Positions 1 to 10,824 are shown, numbered from the stretch's first letter. The stretch: DNA of 64,000 nt from Paramoeba atlantica (GCA_977017575.1 CDRNVI010000015.1:124001-188000), one strand, 5' to 3'. The notes: a model not told the origin generated them from the sequence alone. Numbers and translations are program-made.

Positions 1-2
1 TT

Positions 3-551
3 GATCTGACCAGTCTTCCTTCTGGAATAACGATCGTTACCTTCCGTCACAACAGGCTCTATGGAAAGCTTGACCTCACTTCCCTTCCACGACAACTTAA
101 TTCGCTTCTCGCCAATAATAATAAATTTGAAGGCGCACCGGATCTGGGGCACCTGCCGTCTTCACTTTCTAATCTCAACTTAAGTCACAACTATTTTATA
201 GGCCAACTTTGCTTTCAGCATCTTCCACACAGTCTCAAGATTTTGTCTTTGTCTCACAACGGATTTGAAGGGTTTCTGGATCTGGAATTGCTTCCTCCGA
301 AATTGAATTTTTTTGACGCTGGAAATAACCAATTCCAGGGCACCATTTCTCTAGCGAAGCTTCCTCCTGGCATCGAACATCTGGATTTTAGTGGAAATCA
401 TCTGATCGGGGAGCTTCATTTAGAAAATCTGCCACCAACCTTGGCGAACTTATACTGCAATGAGAATAACTTTAACGGTACGTTGAACCTACAAAATATT
501 CATTTTGAGATAGATTTCAACGGAAATTCGTTCCGTACCGTATTGGAATAG
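3..551 (+). CDS. Leucine-rich repeat protein, plant-type ~24-aa LRR (5' truncated by window edge)
   Basis: Frame open from base 3 (DLTSLPSGITIVTFRHNRLYGKLDLTSLP...) into the listed 243..551 ORF; repeated LPxxLxxLxLxxNxFxGxLDL units. Confidence 0.9.
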   Translation, partial: DLTSLPSGITIVTFRHNRLYGKLDLTSLPRQLNSLLANNNKFEGAPDLGHLPSSLSNLNLSHNYFIGQLCFQHLPHSLKILSLSHNGFEGFLDLELLPPKLNFFDAGNNQFQGTISLAKLPPGIEHLDFSGNHLIGELHLENLPPTLANLYCNENNFNGTLNLQNIHFEIDFNGNSFRTVLE

Positions 552-909
552 TTTTCTTTTTAATATAATTTTGTAGACACACATGACTGATTCCAAACGT
601 ATAACATTGATGTAGCCCTCTTTTTGGTCATTTCTGGTCTTGGTTTCTTGGATAACGAAATTCTATTTATTTTTTTGAGTCCTTTTTCTCAGCGGTAACA
701 GCAATATTTCAAACAAAACTTTGTTGGGAAGTGCACTGGAAGAGGCTTTACTGCCACCATAACTATCAAAACTTGGAGTTCCGATATACATGTATATTAT
801 ATGCTGTAGATCAATCAGAAATCCTCATTAATCAAAGATTCACTTTTTTTATTCTCTGCTTGTCTATCCATTGGCCTGAATAATAAAGAAGGACAGGTAA
901 CTTCGAAAA

Positions 910-1581
910 ATGTCTGGTGAAGCGAGGTACCCCATTTTGCCGTCACGCATGGGTCTAAGCGTGATGAAAACTCGACTCAAGGGTGCCCAGAATGGGCACC
1001 GCATGCTGAAAAAGAAAGCAGATGCCATTCAAGTGAGGTTTCGCTCGATTGTAAAAGAGCTATCCGAAACAAAAAACGAGTTGGTAAGTCACACAAAACA
1101 GGCACAGTTTTCTCTCTGCGAAGCTCGGTTTTTCGCTCCAGGCGGTACATTAGATTTCGCAATTCAAGAGTCGCTGAAGCTCCCGACACTTCAAGTCCAT
1201 CTTGCCACAGAAAGTATTGCTGGAGTGCCCACACCAAAATTTTCGCTTGCAACGGACTCACTTGAGTGGGAAAAGACAGTGAGCACTGATGTTGTTTCTT
1301 TGGGGCAAGGCGGTGCACACATTACCCGGGCCCGCCAAAGTTTGTATGAATTACTATCGGAATATGTGCGAATTGCATCTCTACAAACTGCATTCATTGC
1401 GCTGGATCAAGCTCTTCGCAAGACTAACCGTAGAGTCAATGCTTTGGAAAAGGTTGTGATTCCAAAGATGATTCGTACAGCGCATTACATTGAAAGTGAG
1501 TTGGAGGAAATGGGCAAGGAGGAATTCTTTCGACTCAAAATGGTGTGCAAGAAAAAGAAACAAGAGGGACATAGCCGGTAA
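910..1581 (+). CDS. VMA8: V-type proton ATPase subunit D
   Basis: PSRMGLSVMKTRLKGAQNGHRMLKKKADA and KTNRRVNALEKVVIP...YIESELEE are V-ATPase D hallmarks. Confidence 0.97.
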   Translation: MSGEARYPILPSRMGLSVMKTRLKGAQNGHRMLKKKADAIQVRFRSIVKELSETKNELVSHTKQAQFSLCEARFFAPGGTLDFAIQESLKLPTLQVHLATESIAGVPTPKFSLATDSLEWEKTVSTDVVSLGQGGAHITRARQSLYELLSEYVRIASLQTAFIALDQALRKTNRRVNALEKVVIPKMIRTAHYIESELEEMGKEEFFRLKMVCKKKKQEGHSR

Positions 1582-1956
1582 ATATTTTTATAGTTTCTCA
1601 TGAGGGAAGTGGGCTTTTCTATAAACTCATACAATATAAATACGGTACCTGCAATGTGTGATAGGTAAAAATGGGGTATAATAGCCATTTTCCTGGATTA
1701 AATGTCCAGGACTTGCCACTACTGTCCCCTTACTATCCTAGCGTTGCTCGGTATCCGCCTCATTAGCGTTGCGTTTGGGGCTGTCTCTTGCCGCGAAGCG
1801 GCAAATCTTTTTACCTCCCCTCTTAGCGTTGCTTTCTACCAGAACCGGGCAACGCTAGGATCTATAGTCTGTCTTATTTTCTACTGATTTTTTTAAATAC
1901 CTTTTAAATATTTTGGAGAAGAAAACGTTTTTCAAGTTGTTGACATCCTTTTGTAA

Positions 1957-3819
1957 ATGTTGAATCCAGATTCTTCGAAACTCAAAATCTTTGTCCGTTT
2001 ACGCCCGATTCGTCCACGGCACTTGGCTCCGGATGGTATGACATCGTTAAATGAATTGGGCGTCTCCTGCACACAGCACGTATCAAACGATAAGCCCGAT
2101 TCTCCTCTTTCTTCACCTTTTCACATTCCATGGAGGTGGACATCTACTAAAATTAGTCACCTTGGGTGGAGTTCAGAGGCTTCATCTTGCGGTCCTGCGA
2201 ATGGAAACAGAACTCAAGAGACGCGGAAACTCATGAAGGGCAACGGCATTTCAATGCAACAATTCGACTGTCACCGGGTGTTTAAACCTCACGAATCCAC
2301 TTCAGAAATTTTTCAGTCTCTGGTCCCCCTATTACATGATATGACTCGTACGCGCCAGAATTTGTGCATTGCGGCCTATGGTCAAACCGATACCGGAAAA
2401 ACTTATACTCTTTTTGGAACAGAAGCTGTCCCTGGTATTTTTCGTTTGGCTGCAGAAACGTTGCTGGGTGTAAGTAGGGCCAAATTTTCACTTTCTGTTT
2501 CTGCCGTCGAAGTGTACAACGAACAAATTCGCGATTTGGTGGATCCCAGGGCTCCTGTCGTAGTGCTCCAAGAAGCTAAAGAGAAAATATGCTCTCGAAT
2601 AATACAGATATCATCCGTTACAGAAATATGCAACATAATGAATCTAATTCAAATACATCGATTTACTGGAATTACGGACGCACATTCTCACGCCAGTCGA
2701 TCTCATTGTATCGCCTCTCTTCATCTGATGTTCAGTGAAACGGATCAAGTCTGTTTGCAGATTGTAGATCTGGCCGGCAGTGAAAACGCCGAAGATCCTT
2801 ACGAACATCCTTCAAAAAATATGAATATTCTTCATGGATCATTCACCTGGTTCGTCCGCAGCGAAGAGTACAAAGCTCACAAGAGACGAACACAGGAAGG
2901 ATCCAATATTCGAAAAAGTCTTTTGGCTCTTACGCGGTGCGTTCACACGCTAGCGAGTTTGAATCACTCTCATGTCCCGTACCGAGATAGTAAATTAACC
3001 AGGATTCTTAAAACGGTACTTTCGGGGTCCGGAGTTCTAGCTCTTATATGCACCGCTGATCCCTCAAACTATCGTGGTACGTTGAGCACCTTGCGCTTCG
3101 CGGATTCGGTCCTACGTATGTTGACGAATCGAGATAGAGACGGCGCAGGCGATCTTGCTCCGTTGTTAGCGCACTGTGAAGAAGAAATAAAAATATTGGA
3201 AGAAAGTGCTGTTTTGAACACTGCAGAACATATCGATAACCTTCAAGAACTAACTTCTGCGCACAAAAAGAAATTGAGCCTGATTGAATCAGAGGCGAAA
3301 AACCAAGAACTCAAACGAAAAACGAAGAAAGCCGATTATAAAAAACTTTTCTATCAACTGGAAAGTCGTACTCGGGCTCCTTGGCGTCAAACTCCCCCTT
3401 TATCACGTCAGAGAACCACTAGCTGTCCTGCACTTTTGTATGGAAGAGATACTGATCACCATAGTTGTAGATCTCTCGTTGAACGCCAAAACTATGATGT
3501 AGGGAAGAATTCTTTTGATGCAATAGTATTATCCCGGGAAAAAGACTTTTTGCAAAGACAAAAGCAAAGTGTGGAAAGAGGTTTAGAAAGAATGAGAAAT
3601 ATGGATAATTGCGTTGTTGACATGACCAAAAATTTGAGAATATTGCAACATGAAGTAATTGCCCTAAAGAAACGTTTTGGATACTGCAATACAGACAAAT
3701 GTGTGGATGACAGTTTCGATCCAAGCAGTGGAAATTCACAAAATGATATTACTTTAATACCTAAATTGCATAACATGTGCAATTACTTGGACCTATTTCT
3801 TTCAGAAAACAGAGAATAA
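1957..3819 (+). CDS. Kinesin motor-domain protein (divergent) with C-terminal coiled coil
   Basis: IFVRLRP, P-loop YGQTDTGKT, EVYNEQIRDL, DLAGSE, HVPYRDSKLTRIL, TLSTLRFA. Confidence 0.93.
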   Translation: MLNPDSSKLKIFVRLRPIRPRHLAPDGMTSLNELGVSCTQHVSNDKPDSPLSSPFHIPWRWTSTKISHLGWSSEASSCGPANGNRTQETRKLMKGNGISMQQFDCHRVFKPHESTSEIFQSLVPLLHDMTRTRQNLCIAAYGQTDTGKTYTLFGTEAVPGIFRLAAETLLGVSRAKFSLSVSAVEVYNEQIRDLVDPRAPVVVLQEAKEKICSRIIQISSVTEICNIMNLIQIHRFTGITDAHSHASRSHCIASLHLMFSETDQVCLQIVDLAGSENAEDPYEHPSKNMNILHGSFTWFVRSEEYKAHKRRTQEGSNIRKSLLALTRCVHTLASLNHSHVPYRDSKLTRILKTVLSGSGVLALICTADPSNYRGTLSTLRFADSVLRMLTNRDRDGAGDLAPLLAHCEEEIKILEESAVLNTAEHIDNLQELTSAHKKKLSLIESEAKNQELKRKTKKADYKKLFYQLESRTRAPWRQTPPLSRQRTTSCPALLYGRDTDHHSCRSLVERQNYDVGKNSFDAIVLSREKDFLQRQKQSVERGLERMRNMDNCVVDMTKNLRILQHEVIALKKRFGYCNTDKCVDDSFDPSSGNSQNDITLIPKLHNMCNYLDLFLSENRE

Positions 3820-4292
3820 TAGTGTTCAATATTTTCAAAAAAAATTGATTTACGTGTAGGCTGTTTCTTCAGATTTTGCATCTTGTGTAATAAATATTTG
3901 AGAATCATATACTTTCGTTTCTCACACAAGATTTTGATCAAGAGTTTATTCGTATGTCAAGATGTTCATTAAAAAAAGAAATGCGAAGCAGTGCAACCTA
4001 GTAATAGTATTTGTTGGCTTATGTTTAGTAGTATTTTGAACCCGTATACATGTACATTTGCAATGCATTGCTCATAATTCATTTTCTTGATAGACTATAT
4101 TTCAAAAATTGCACTATATTTGCGAACATCCTTTGATTTACTAGTAGTTTTTTAAACTTTCTTTCGCATAACCCATTTCTTATTGCGGTTTGTCTCTTCC
4201 CTGCGCTGAGAGGTATTGATTGAAATTTCACAATAATCCCTACTTCAATCTCATATACCTTGTCGCGTATCGGTCATTCATTTTCGCCTAAA

Positions 4293-7200
4293 ATGGCAAC
4301 TCTCGAGGAGCTTCCGGAGGTAATATCGTTGCCAAAAATGGAAAACGAAATACTGCGCGCATGGAAGGAAATGGATGCTTTTAAGGTGTCTTTAAAGCAG
4401 TCCGAGAACCGTCCGATTTTTTCCTTTTATGATGGCCCCCCATTCGCCACTGGCCTTCCGCACTATGGGCATTTTCTTGCCGGCACCATGAAGGATATGG
4501 TGTGTCGATACGCGCATCAAACAGGTCACCATGTTGTTCGAAGATTTGGTTGGGATTGTCATGGCTTACCGATTGAATTTGAAATAGAAAAGTCTCTAGG
4601 TATTAAGTCCAAAGCTGAAATAGAAGAAATGGGCATCAAAGACTATAATGCCGCATGTCGCGCAATAGTTATGCGTTACGCTGCACAATGGGAGCAACAA
4701 GTGACACGTATGGGGCGATGGATGGATTTCGAGCATGATTACAAAACAATGCAAACATCGTACATGGAGTCTGTATGGTGGGTGTTCGCAGAATTGTGGC
4801 GAAAAGGTTTGGTGTACCGAGGATTTAAAGTGATGCCTTACAGCACAGGATGTACGACCCCTTTGAGTAATTTTGAGGCAAATATGAACTATAAAGAGGT
4901 ATCCGATCCTAGTGCCTATGTGACGTTTCCTATTGAGAACTTTTCCACATGTGAAAAGGAATCGTTTCCTATATCAAAACGTATCAATCTTCTTGCTTGG
5001 ACAACAACCCCGTGGACGTTGCCTTCGAATCTAATGCTATGCGTCCATCCTGACGTGGAATATGTGTTATTCGAAATCAAGAATCCGGAAAATCACGATT
5101 CTGCATTGGAAATAAGTAACCGGAGTCCTCAAATATATGTGGCTGCTAAATTGCTCCTTGCTTCTGTACTTCGGATTGTTTTCTCCGCCGAGGTTGATGA
5201 TGCGAACATTATGGCAACGTTTCCTGGTTCCAAACTTGAAGGATATCGCTATGAACCACTTTTTGAGTACTTTTCCGATCCGAAAAGTGTTCGTTGGTCG
5301 GATCGCGGCGCCTTTCGCGTGGTAGTTGATACGTTTGTAACGCAGGAAACTGGAACCGGCATCGTTCATTGCGCACCTGGATTTGGCGAAGAAGATTTTC
5401 GCGTGGCTCAGAAATATGGAATCGTAAGCGTTGGTGGTGATTCAAACCCTACACAAGCCGGGGGCAAGGAAAGGGAAGAATTAACAAATGAGATACCTTG
5501 TGCAATACAAGACACAGTAATTGTTTGCCCAGTCGACGACAGCGGGTGCTTCACCGATGAAGTCCCCGACTTTAGAGGTGTGTATTGCAAAGACGCTGAC
5601 AACGATATCTTAAAGATACTAAAGCGTAAAGGTCGATTACTGCACAAGGGGGCCATAGTACACTCGTATCCTTTTTGCTGGCGTAGCGAAACCCCTTTGC
5701 TGTACAAGGCAGTATCTTCTTGGTTCATTAATGTTCGAGCCTTGAAGCCCCGCTTGATTGCCAATACACTTCAAAGTCGTTGGGTTCCTGATTTTGTTCG
5801 AACGAAGCGGTTTATGAATTGGCTTGAAGAAGCGCAAGATTGGGCGGTAAGTCGTAGTCGGTACTGGGGAACACCTCTTCCACTATGGGTGAGTTCAGAT
5901 GGAAAAGAGCTTCGCTGTATTGGAAGTATTGAGGAACTCAGGAGTGCGTTGAAGTCCAAACACGCTCTAAAGAATGCGAACAATTTAGATGACTTACATC
6001 GAGAGTATGTGGATCAATTAGAAATTCCAAGTGCCCGAGGAAACGAATATCCTCCACTCCGACGCGTTAAAGAAGTATTCGATTGCTGGTTTGAGAGCGG
6101 GTCCATGCCGTATGCTCAAGTGCATTACCCGTTCGAAAATAAAAAGGTTTTTAAGAACAGCTTTCCAGCCGATTTTATAGCAGAAGGTTTGGACCAAACT
6201 CGAGGGTGGTTCTATACGCTTCTAGTTTTGTCTACTGCGTTATTTGATAAGCCAGCGTTTCAGAATTTGATAGCTAATGGCCTTGTACTAGCAGAGGACG
6301 GTAAGAAAATGTCAAAGCGGCTGAAAAACTATCCGGACCCCATGAAAGTTATAGAGAATCATGGTGCTGATGCACTGCGCCTTTATCTAATCAACAGCCC
6401 TGTAGTTCGTGCGGAACCACTACGATTTAGAGAATCTGGTGTAAAGGAGATTGTTCGAGAAGTTTTCTTACCTTTGCTACACGCGGTGAAATTTTTCTTG
6501 CAGAACGTGAATGCCTTTTGGTCTCGCACGTGTAACTCTCAGAATAAAATCAGTTGTAGCATCCAGAAATTTCTCCCTTGGGAAACATTGCAGTCAAGTA
6601 ACATCATGGATCGTTGGATTAAAAGTGAGACGCAGAGCCTAGTCTCTTTTGTTCACGCAGAAATGGAAGGCTATCGACTGTACTCAGTTGTGCCGGAACT
6701 GGTTCATTTTCTGAACAATCTGACCAATTGGTATGTGCGAATGAACCGAAGACGCATAAAGGGATTAGTCAGCGTCACCGAGCAGCGTAATTCATTATGC
6801 ACGTTGTTTCAGGTGCTGTGGAGCACGTGTCGCATTATGGCCCCTTTCGCACCTTTCACAGCAGAAATTATCTATCAAAAATTGCTGCCCTTACTGCCAA
6901 AGGCCAATAAAAGCTCCATGTATGGAGAAGAAAAGCCGGGCATGCGTTCACAGTTACGTTCCTTGTGGAAGCGCCTCACACAATTCTTTACACTACAGCT
7001 CCTGAAAAAAAGTGAAGAACGCTCAAGTATTCATCACATAATGCTTCCTTCATGGGATAAAACACAAGTTAATACCGATGTTGAAAAATCTGTTCGTCAA
7101 ATGCAGAAGGTTGTTGAAATGATTCGCACACTTCGAGATCAAAACGGTGTGCCTTTAAGAAATGCCTTGCGGCGGGCGGTAATATGTCACCCAGAAGCTG

Positions 7201-7856
7201 AAGTGCGCAAAATCATCGATGAATTGCAAAGTTATGTATGCAGTGAAGGAAACTTGTTTGAAATTACTACTGGTCCTCCAGACACGTATTGTGTCCCGCG
7301 CATTGAACCGAATCTTGCTACTTTGGGAAAGAGACTTCGAAAAAAGGCTGCCAATGTTGCAACTGAAATAAGCAACCTTCCTGATGTAATGTCTCGACAA
7401 CTTTTAGAGGTAGGAATGCTACATCTCCCTCAAAGTGGATTACAAATAACGCTAGAGGACGTGAAGGTGAAATACGAGTTACGCCCGGATAGTGAGCACG
7501 CCAATAAAAAATGTGTTATCATGCGAGAGCCACGTGGTTTGATTATTTGTCTGGATTTGACACAAGACGGAAATACGATAGGAGTCGGCATGGCCAGAAT
7601 TTTTGTGTCACACGTACAGCAAATTCGTAAACGCCGTGGTCTCCGTATAGAAGATGAAATCGTGGTAGAATATTACACAACCTCTTCGCTGCTGAAAAAC
7701 GTCTTTCGCGATTATGCTCATGTTGTAAACGGTACGATAAAAGTTCCGTGGGGCCCAGCCGTGCAAGGCAGCAACAAGGCTAAAATGATTGGATCAGAAG
7801 ATCTCGCAATAGGAGACGAGGCCATAACAATTAGTCTGTATTGGCCCAGTAGATAA
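4293..7856 (+). CDS. IARS1: Isoleucyl-tRNA synthetase, eukaryotic type
   Basis: FYDGPPFATGLPHYGH, GWDCHGLPIE, WTTTPWTLPSN, KMSKR; first ATG at 4293 (ORF track start is TTG 4260). Confidence 0.98.
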   Translation: MATLEELPEVISLPKMENEILRAWKEMDAFKVSLKQSENRPIFSFYDGPPFATGLPHYGHFLAGTMKDMVCRYAHQTGHHVVRRFGWDCHGLPIEFEIEKSLGIKSKAEIEEMGIKDYNAACRAIVMRYAAQWEQQVTRMGRWMDFEHDYKTMQTSYMESVWWVFAELWRKGLVYRGFKVMPYSTGCTTPLSNFEANMNYKEVSDPSAYVTFPIENFSTCEKESFPISKRINLLAWTTTPWTLPSNLMLCVHPDVEYVLFEIKNPENHDSALEISNRSPQIYVAAKLLLASVLRIVFSAEVDDANIMATFPGSKLEGYRYEPLFEYFSDPKSVRWSDRGAFRVVVDTFVTQETGTGIVHCAPGFGEEDFRVAQKYGIVSVGGDSNPTQAGGKEREELTNEIPCAIQDTVIVCPVDDSGCFTDEVPDFRGVYCKDADNDILKILKRKGRLLHKGAIVHSYPFCWRSETPLLYKAVSSWFINVRALKPRLIANTLQSRWVPDFVRTKRFMNWLEEAQDWAVSRSRYWGTPLPLWVSSDGKELRCIGSIEELRSALKSKHALKNANNLDDLHREYVDQLEIPSARGNEYPPLRRVKEVFDCWFESGSMPYAQVHYPFENKKVFKNSFPADFIAEGLDQTRGWFYTLLVLSTALFDKPAFQNLIANGLVLAEDGKKMSKRLKNYPDPMKVIENHGADALRLYLINSPVVRAEPLRFRESGVKEIVREVFLPLLHAVKFFLQNVNAFWSRTCNSQNKISCSIQKFLPWETLQSSNIMDRWIKSETQSLVSFVHAEMEGYRLYSVVPELVHFLNNLTNWYVRMNRRRIKGLVSVTEQRNSLCTLFQVLWSTCRIMAPFAPFTAEIIYQKLLPLLPKANKSSMYGEEKPGMRSQLRSLWKRLTQFFTLQLLKKSEERSSIHHIMLPSWDKTQVNTDVEKSVRQMQKVVEMIRTLRDQNGVPLRNALRRAVICHPEAEVRKIIDELQSYVCSEGNLFEITTGPPDTYCVPRIEPNLATLGKRLRKKAANVATEISNLPDVMSRQLLEVGMLHLPQSGLQITLEDVKVKYELRPDSEHANKKCVIMREPRGLIICLDLTQDGNTIGVGMARIFVSHVQQIRKRRGLRIEDEIVVEYYTTSSLLKNVFRDYAHVVNGTIKVPWGPAVQGSNKAKMIGSEDLAIGDEAITISLYWPSR

Positions 7857-8462
7857 GATGTTAGATAAAAGTAAATTTACTCATTGACTCAATTTTTTTA
7901 CGTAACAAAAACTCTGCTTTCTGATATCAAGGCGGGATGTGAGATTGCAAAGGTACGTAATTTCGATGCATTATAGTTTATGGTCCTTAAATTAGCGTGT
8001 TTTAGGCTCCTTACATTTAAACTATGCTCACAGTTTATCTTTACTTTCTTAGCTCAATGACGAATAATTACAATACTGTCATTGTTATTATTTTGTTAAG
8101 CCTATCTTATTGGCCAGTTCTAGTACTTTTTATTTTAGTGACTCAATACGGCTCTAATGCTGAACATCCACTCCTGAATACTAGTTCGTTACCTTACTTA
8201 TGCTTCCAATTGTACGACATTGTGATTAAAAGCATGTTTTGCATACCAAATACATGGAATGTCTAAGTAAACATTTATACCTGTAGGTGCACGTTCTGTA
8301 CGACTACATACGAGTAAAAATGTTGTTAAGCATCCCTCATTGTAATTAGAAAACATGTTCACTTAAGGGAATCAGGTCACATTTTTGTGGCAAATACCTC
8401 CGTACACAAATGTATACTGGGTATATAAATCTCTCGTTTTCTACTTAACTATTGTCCTGTGA

Positions 8463-8684
8463 ATGAGTGCTCTTTTTAACTTTGAAAGTCTTCTCTACGT
8501 AGTTCTTCTTACTATCTGCGCTTCAACGTACGCAAAATCACTGCGAAACAGTCTTTTTGAGCGAGAATCTCCACATCTTTATCAAAGGTTTCTTTACAAA
8601 TGCGCTATAGTAGGTGAAAGGCTAAGTCCATGGGTCTCTTTAGGGTGTATCCTTATGGCCATAAGAGTCTTGTTTTACCGATAG
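8463..8684 (+). CDS. TMEM167: Protein kish (TMEM167 family)
   Basis: MSALFNFESLLYVVLLTICASTY...AIVGERLSPWVSLGCILMA matches the kish signature. Confidence 0.95.
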   Translation: MSALFNFESLLYVVLLTICASTYAKSLRNSLFERESPHLYQRFLYKCAIVGERLSPWVSLGCILMAIRVLFYR

Positions 8685-8941
8685 CAATACCATCGGTATT
8701 ACTGATACTAAGTATCGGTCAGCTTTGCTGGCCAGTAACATCATTTTAAGGTGAGTTTCGGTCGTTCGGAAGCTTTTCTTTACCCTTTTCTTCACCGCAC
8801 TTCAATTTGGGTAGTTGGATATGCAAGGATACTTTCATGAATAGTTTACTTATCCATAAGTCCAATATGAAACACAATTTGGACATTGTTTTGCGAAATG
8901 GAGAATACCACATAGAGATTCGATAGCTATCTTTCACTTTA

Positions 8942-10075
8942 ATGTTGGGAAGAAATTCGAGCTCTTATGAACTACTGCCCTTGGAGTGGTATCTTCGAAT
9001 CATCAACCGGTCGTTGCCTGAATGTTTTGGATCTCTATTACGAATGAGACAACGCGTACAATCGGGCAACAAATCAATGAATCACTCATATATCAAGAGT
9101 TCGTTTCGACGCGAGAGCGATCTCAGCATGCGAATTGTACTGTGGTCGTTGGGAATATTTCGTTATCAACCGTACCTGCGCTGTATATTTATGCATAACA
9201 CCCTGAAAGCCTATCGAGATGGAATAAATGATGCTTTGGCAATTGCCTTACATCTCTTGTGGGATCTTTACAATGATAATACGAATTTAATTTCCCGGTG
9301 GGAGGCGACTTGTCGTTTAACGTTAGTACACGAAAATAATATTTCCGTTTCCTTGGGCAATTCTGAGGACGGCAGTTCATTGGTTCCGACATCGACCTTT
9401 GAGCAAGTACATGTGTCCCCAAATATCAGTGATAGAGAGGATTCATGTAGAAGCGATGAGTATTCATGTGACGCGGAAGACACCCAATCGTCAGGGATTG
9501 TCCCTTCCGAATTACCTACGCGTGCGGAATTATTCGACACTATTGATGTAACCTCATGTAAAAACGATAATAAATATGAAAGTCTTAAGAATACTGATGG
9601 CGTTCTCTTTGCTCTGATCTCTCTGCGACACATCGCGTTTCGAAAGCTGTTTTCGATGGCACCGCAACCCAGTCTTTTTATCGCACCCTCGAATTGTCCA
9701 TTTGCCGGGCTGGGGCTATTCCTATGTGGCAGCGTCGCGCCGAATACTTTCCTGGGAGATTACATCGGTGAGTCTATGCGGAGCGACGAAGCCCAATTCG
9801 TTTCTTACGCCCTCGAGCAGTCGGCGAACAATATTGTAGATGCAACTCGTCTGCGGTGCTCTGCTTCAATGGCAAACGACTACCGTGATGGACGGCCGAA
9901 TACGACACCGAACGCCCACCTCTGTACGTCGAGTGCCAAGGCGACAACCACACTAAGAAGTACTCGATGGATTAAGGATGAAGAGATACTTATTAATTAC
10001 GGGCCAGACGTCCGCCATTACCCAAAAAAATGCATCGGAATCATTCAAAGAACACGAGGTGAAATCTTATTATGA
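8942..10075 (+). CDS. Divergent SET-domain protein
   Basis: C-terminal IAPSNCPFAGLGLF...LGDYIGE...MAND...NA...IKDEEILINYG. Confidence 0.8.
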   Translation: MLGRNSSSYELLPLEWYLRIINRSLPECFGSLLRMRQRVQSGNKSMNHSYIKSSFRRESDLSMRIVLWSLGIFRYQPYLRCIFMHNTLKAYRDGINDALAIALHLLWDLYNDNTNLISRWEATCRLTLVHENNISVSLGNSEDGSSLVPTSTFEQVHVSPNISDREDSCRSDEYSCDAEDTQSSGIVPSELPTRAELFDTIDVTSCKNDNKYESLKNTDGVLFALISLRHIAFRKLFSMAPQPSLFIAPSNCPFAGLGLFLCGSVAPNTFLGDYIGESMRSDEAQFVSYALEQSANNIVDATRLRCSASMANDYRDGRPNTTPNAHLCTSSAKATTTLRSTRWIKDEEILINYGPDVRHYPKKCIGIIQRTRGEILL

Positions 10076-10632
10076 TGCCTGAACTAGAGGAAAAGACAAT
10101 ACTATTAAAAAATTATGATAATGTGTTCTGATCTGTTTTACTTCGGATTTATTTCTTATCCAAATGTTTTTATTCATGGTTTTACTTCTTGCATTGGTTT
10201 TTGGGGGTTGCGCTCCTACTTGATTCAAATTAGTTTTTACGCTTGCCTTTGATTTGGTTACTTTTTTACTGAAGCGCCGTTTCTTGATTAGGTATGGCCG
10301 TTTTTTCTGCTCTCAGGGGCTTGGAAATGTAGGAAGTGGGGGATGAGTGGGGTTTACAAAAGAAATGTAGTATAACAAAGCAAGCTCTGCGTTGCCAAAA
10401 GCTTTCCAGCAATAGACGTACCCCCCTTAGTACACTTCATACCACCTGAGTGGTGGAAATTATCATTCGCTGAAACAAAACAAGTGATATATGCTTTCTA
10501 TAGAAGTGTCAGTACGTTTATTTATTCAACTGCATCAAAGAAATATGTCTGTTATTACAGAAATATTAAAGAAATATCACTGTTATTATTCCTACGTATT
10601 ATTCCTACTGCACTAAATATTCCTGTTTTAGT

Positions 10633-10824
10633 ATGGGGCGAAGTAACAACCAGAGGCGAAGAACGGCAAAAAGGACAGGACGTCCGTTGCTTCTCAAGAA
10701 AACGAAATCAAAGTGGAAGAAACTTGCCGCACAAAGTTCCTCAGAAAAATTTAAAAATTCCCGTCTTCGTAAAGGGTATACCAAGAACGAGAAAGGACGC
10801 GTCAAAAAAAGGAAGTATACTTAG
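10633..10824 (+). CDS. Small highly basic hypothetical protein (63 aa)
   Basis: ATG start after a pyrimidine/AG context, on the coding strand, K/R-rich; no recognised family. Confidence 0.5.
   Translation: MGRSNNQRRRTAKRTGRPLLLKKTKSKWKKLAAQSSSEKFKNSRLRKGYTKNEKGRVKKRKYT

Noticed and set aside
8024-8266. 80-aa hydrophobic ORF
   Set aside because: AT-rich intergenic composition with no recognisable motif; probably spurious.
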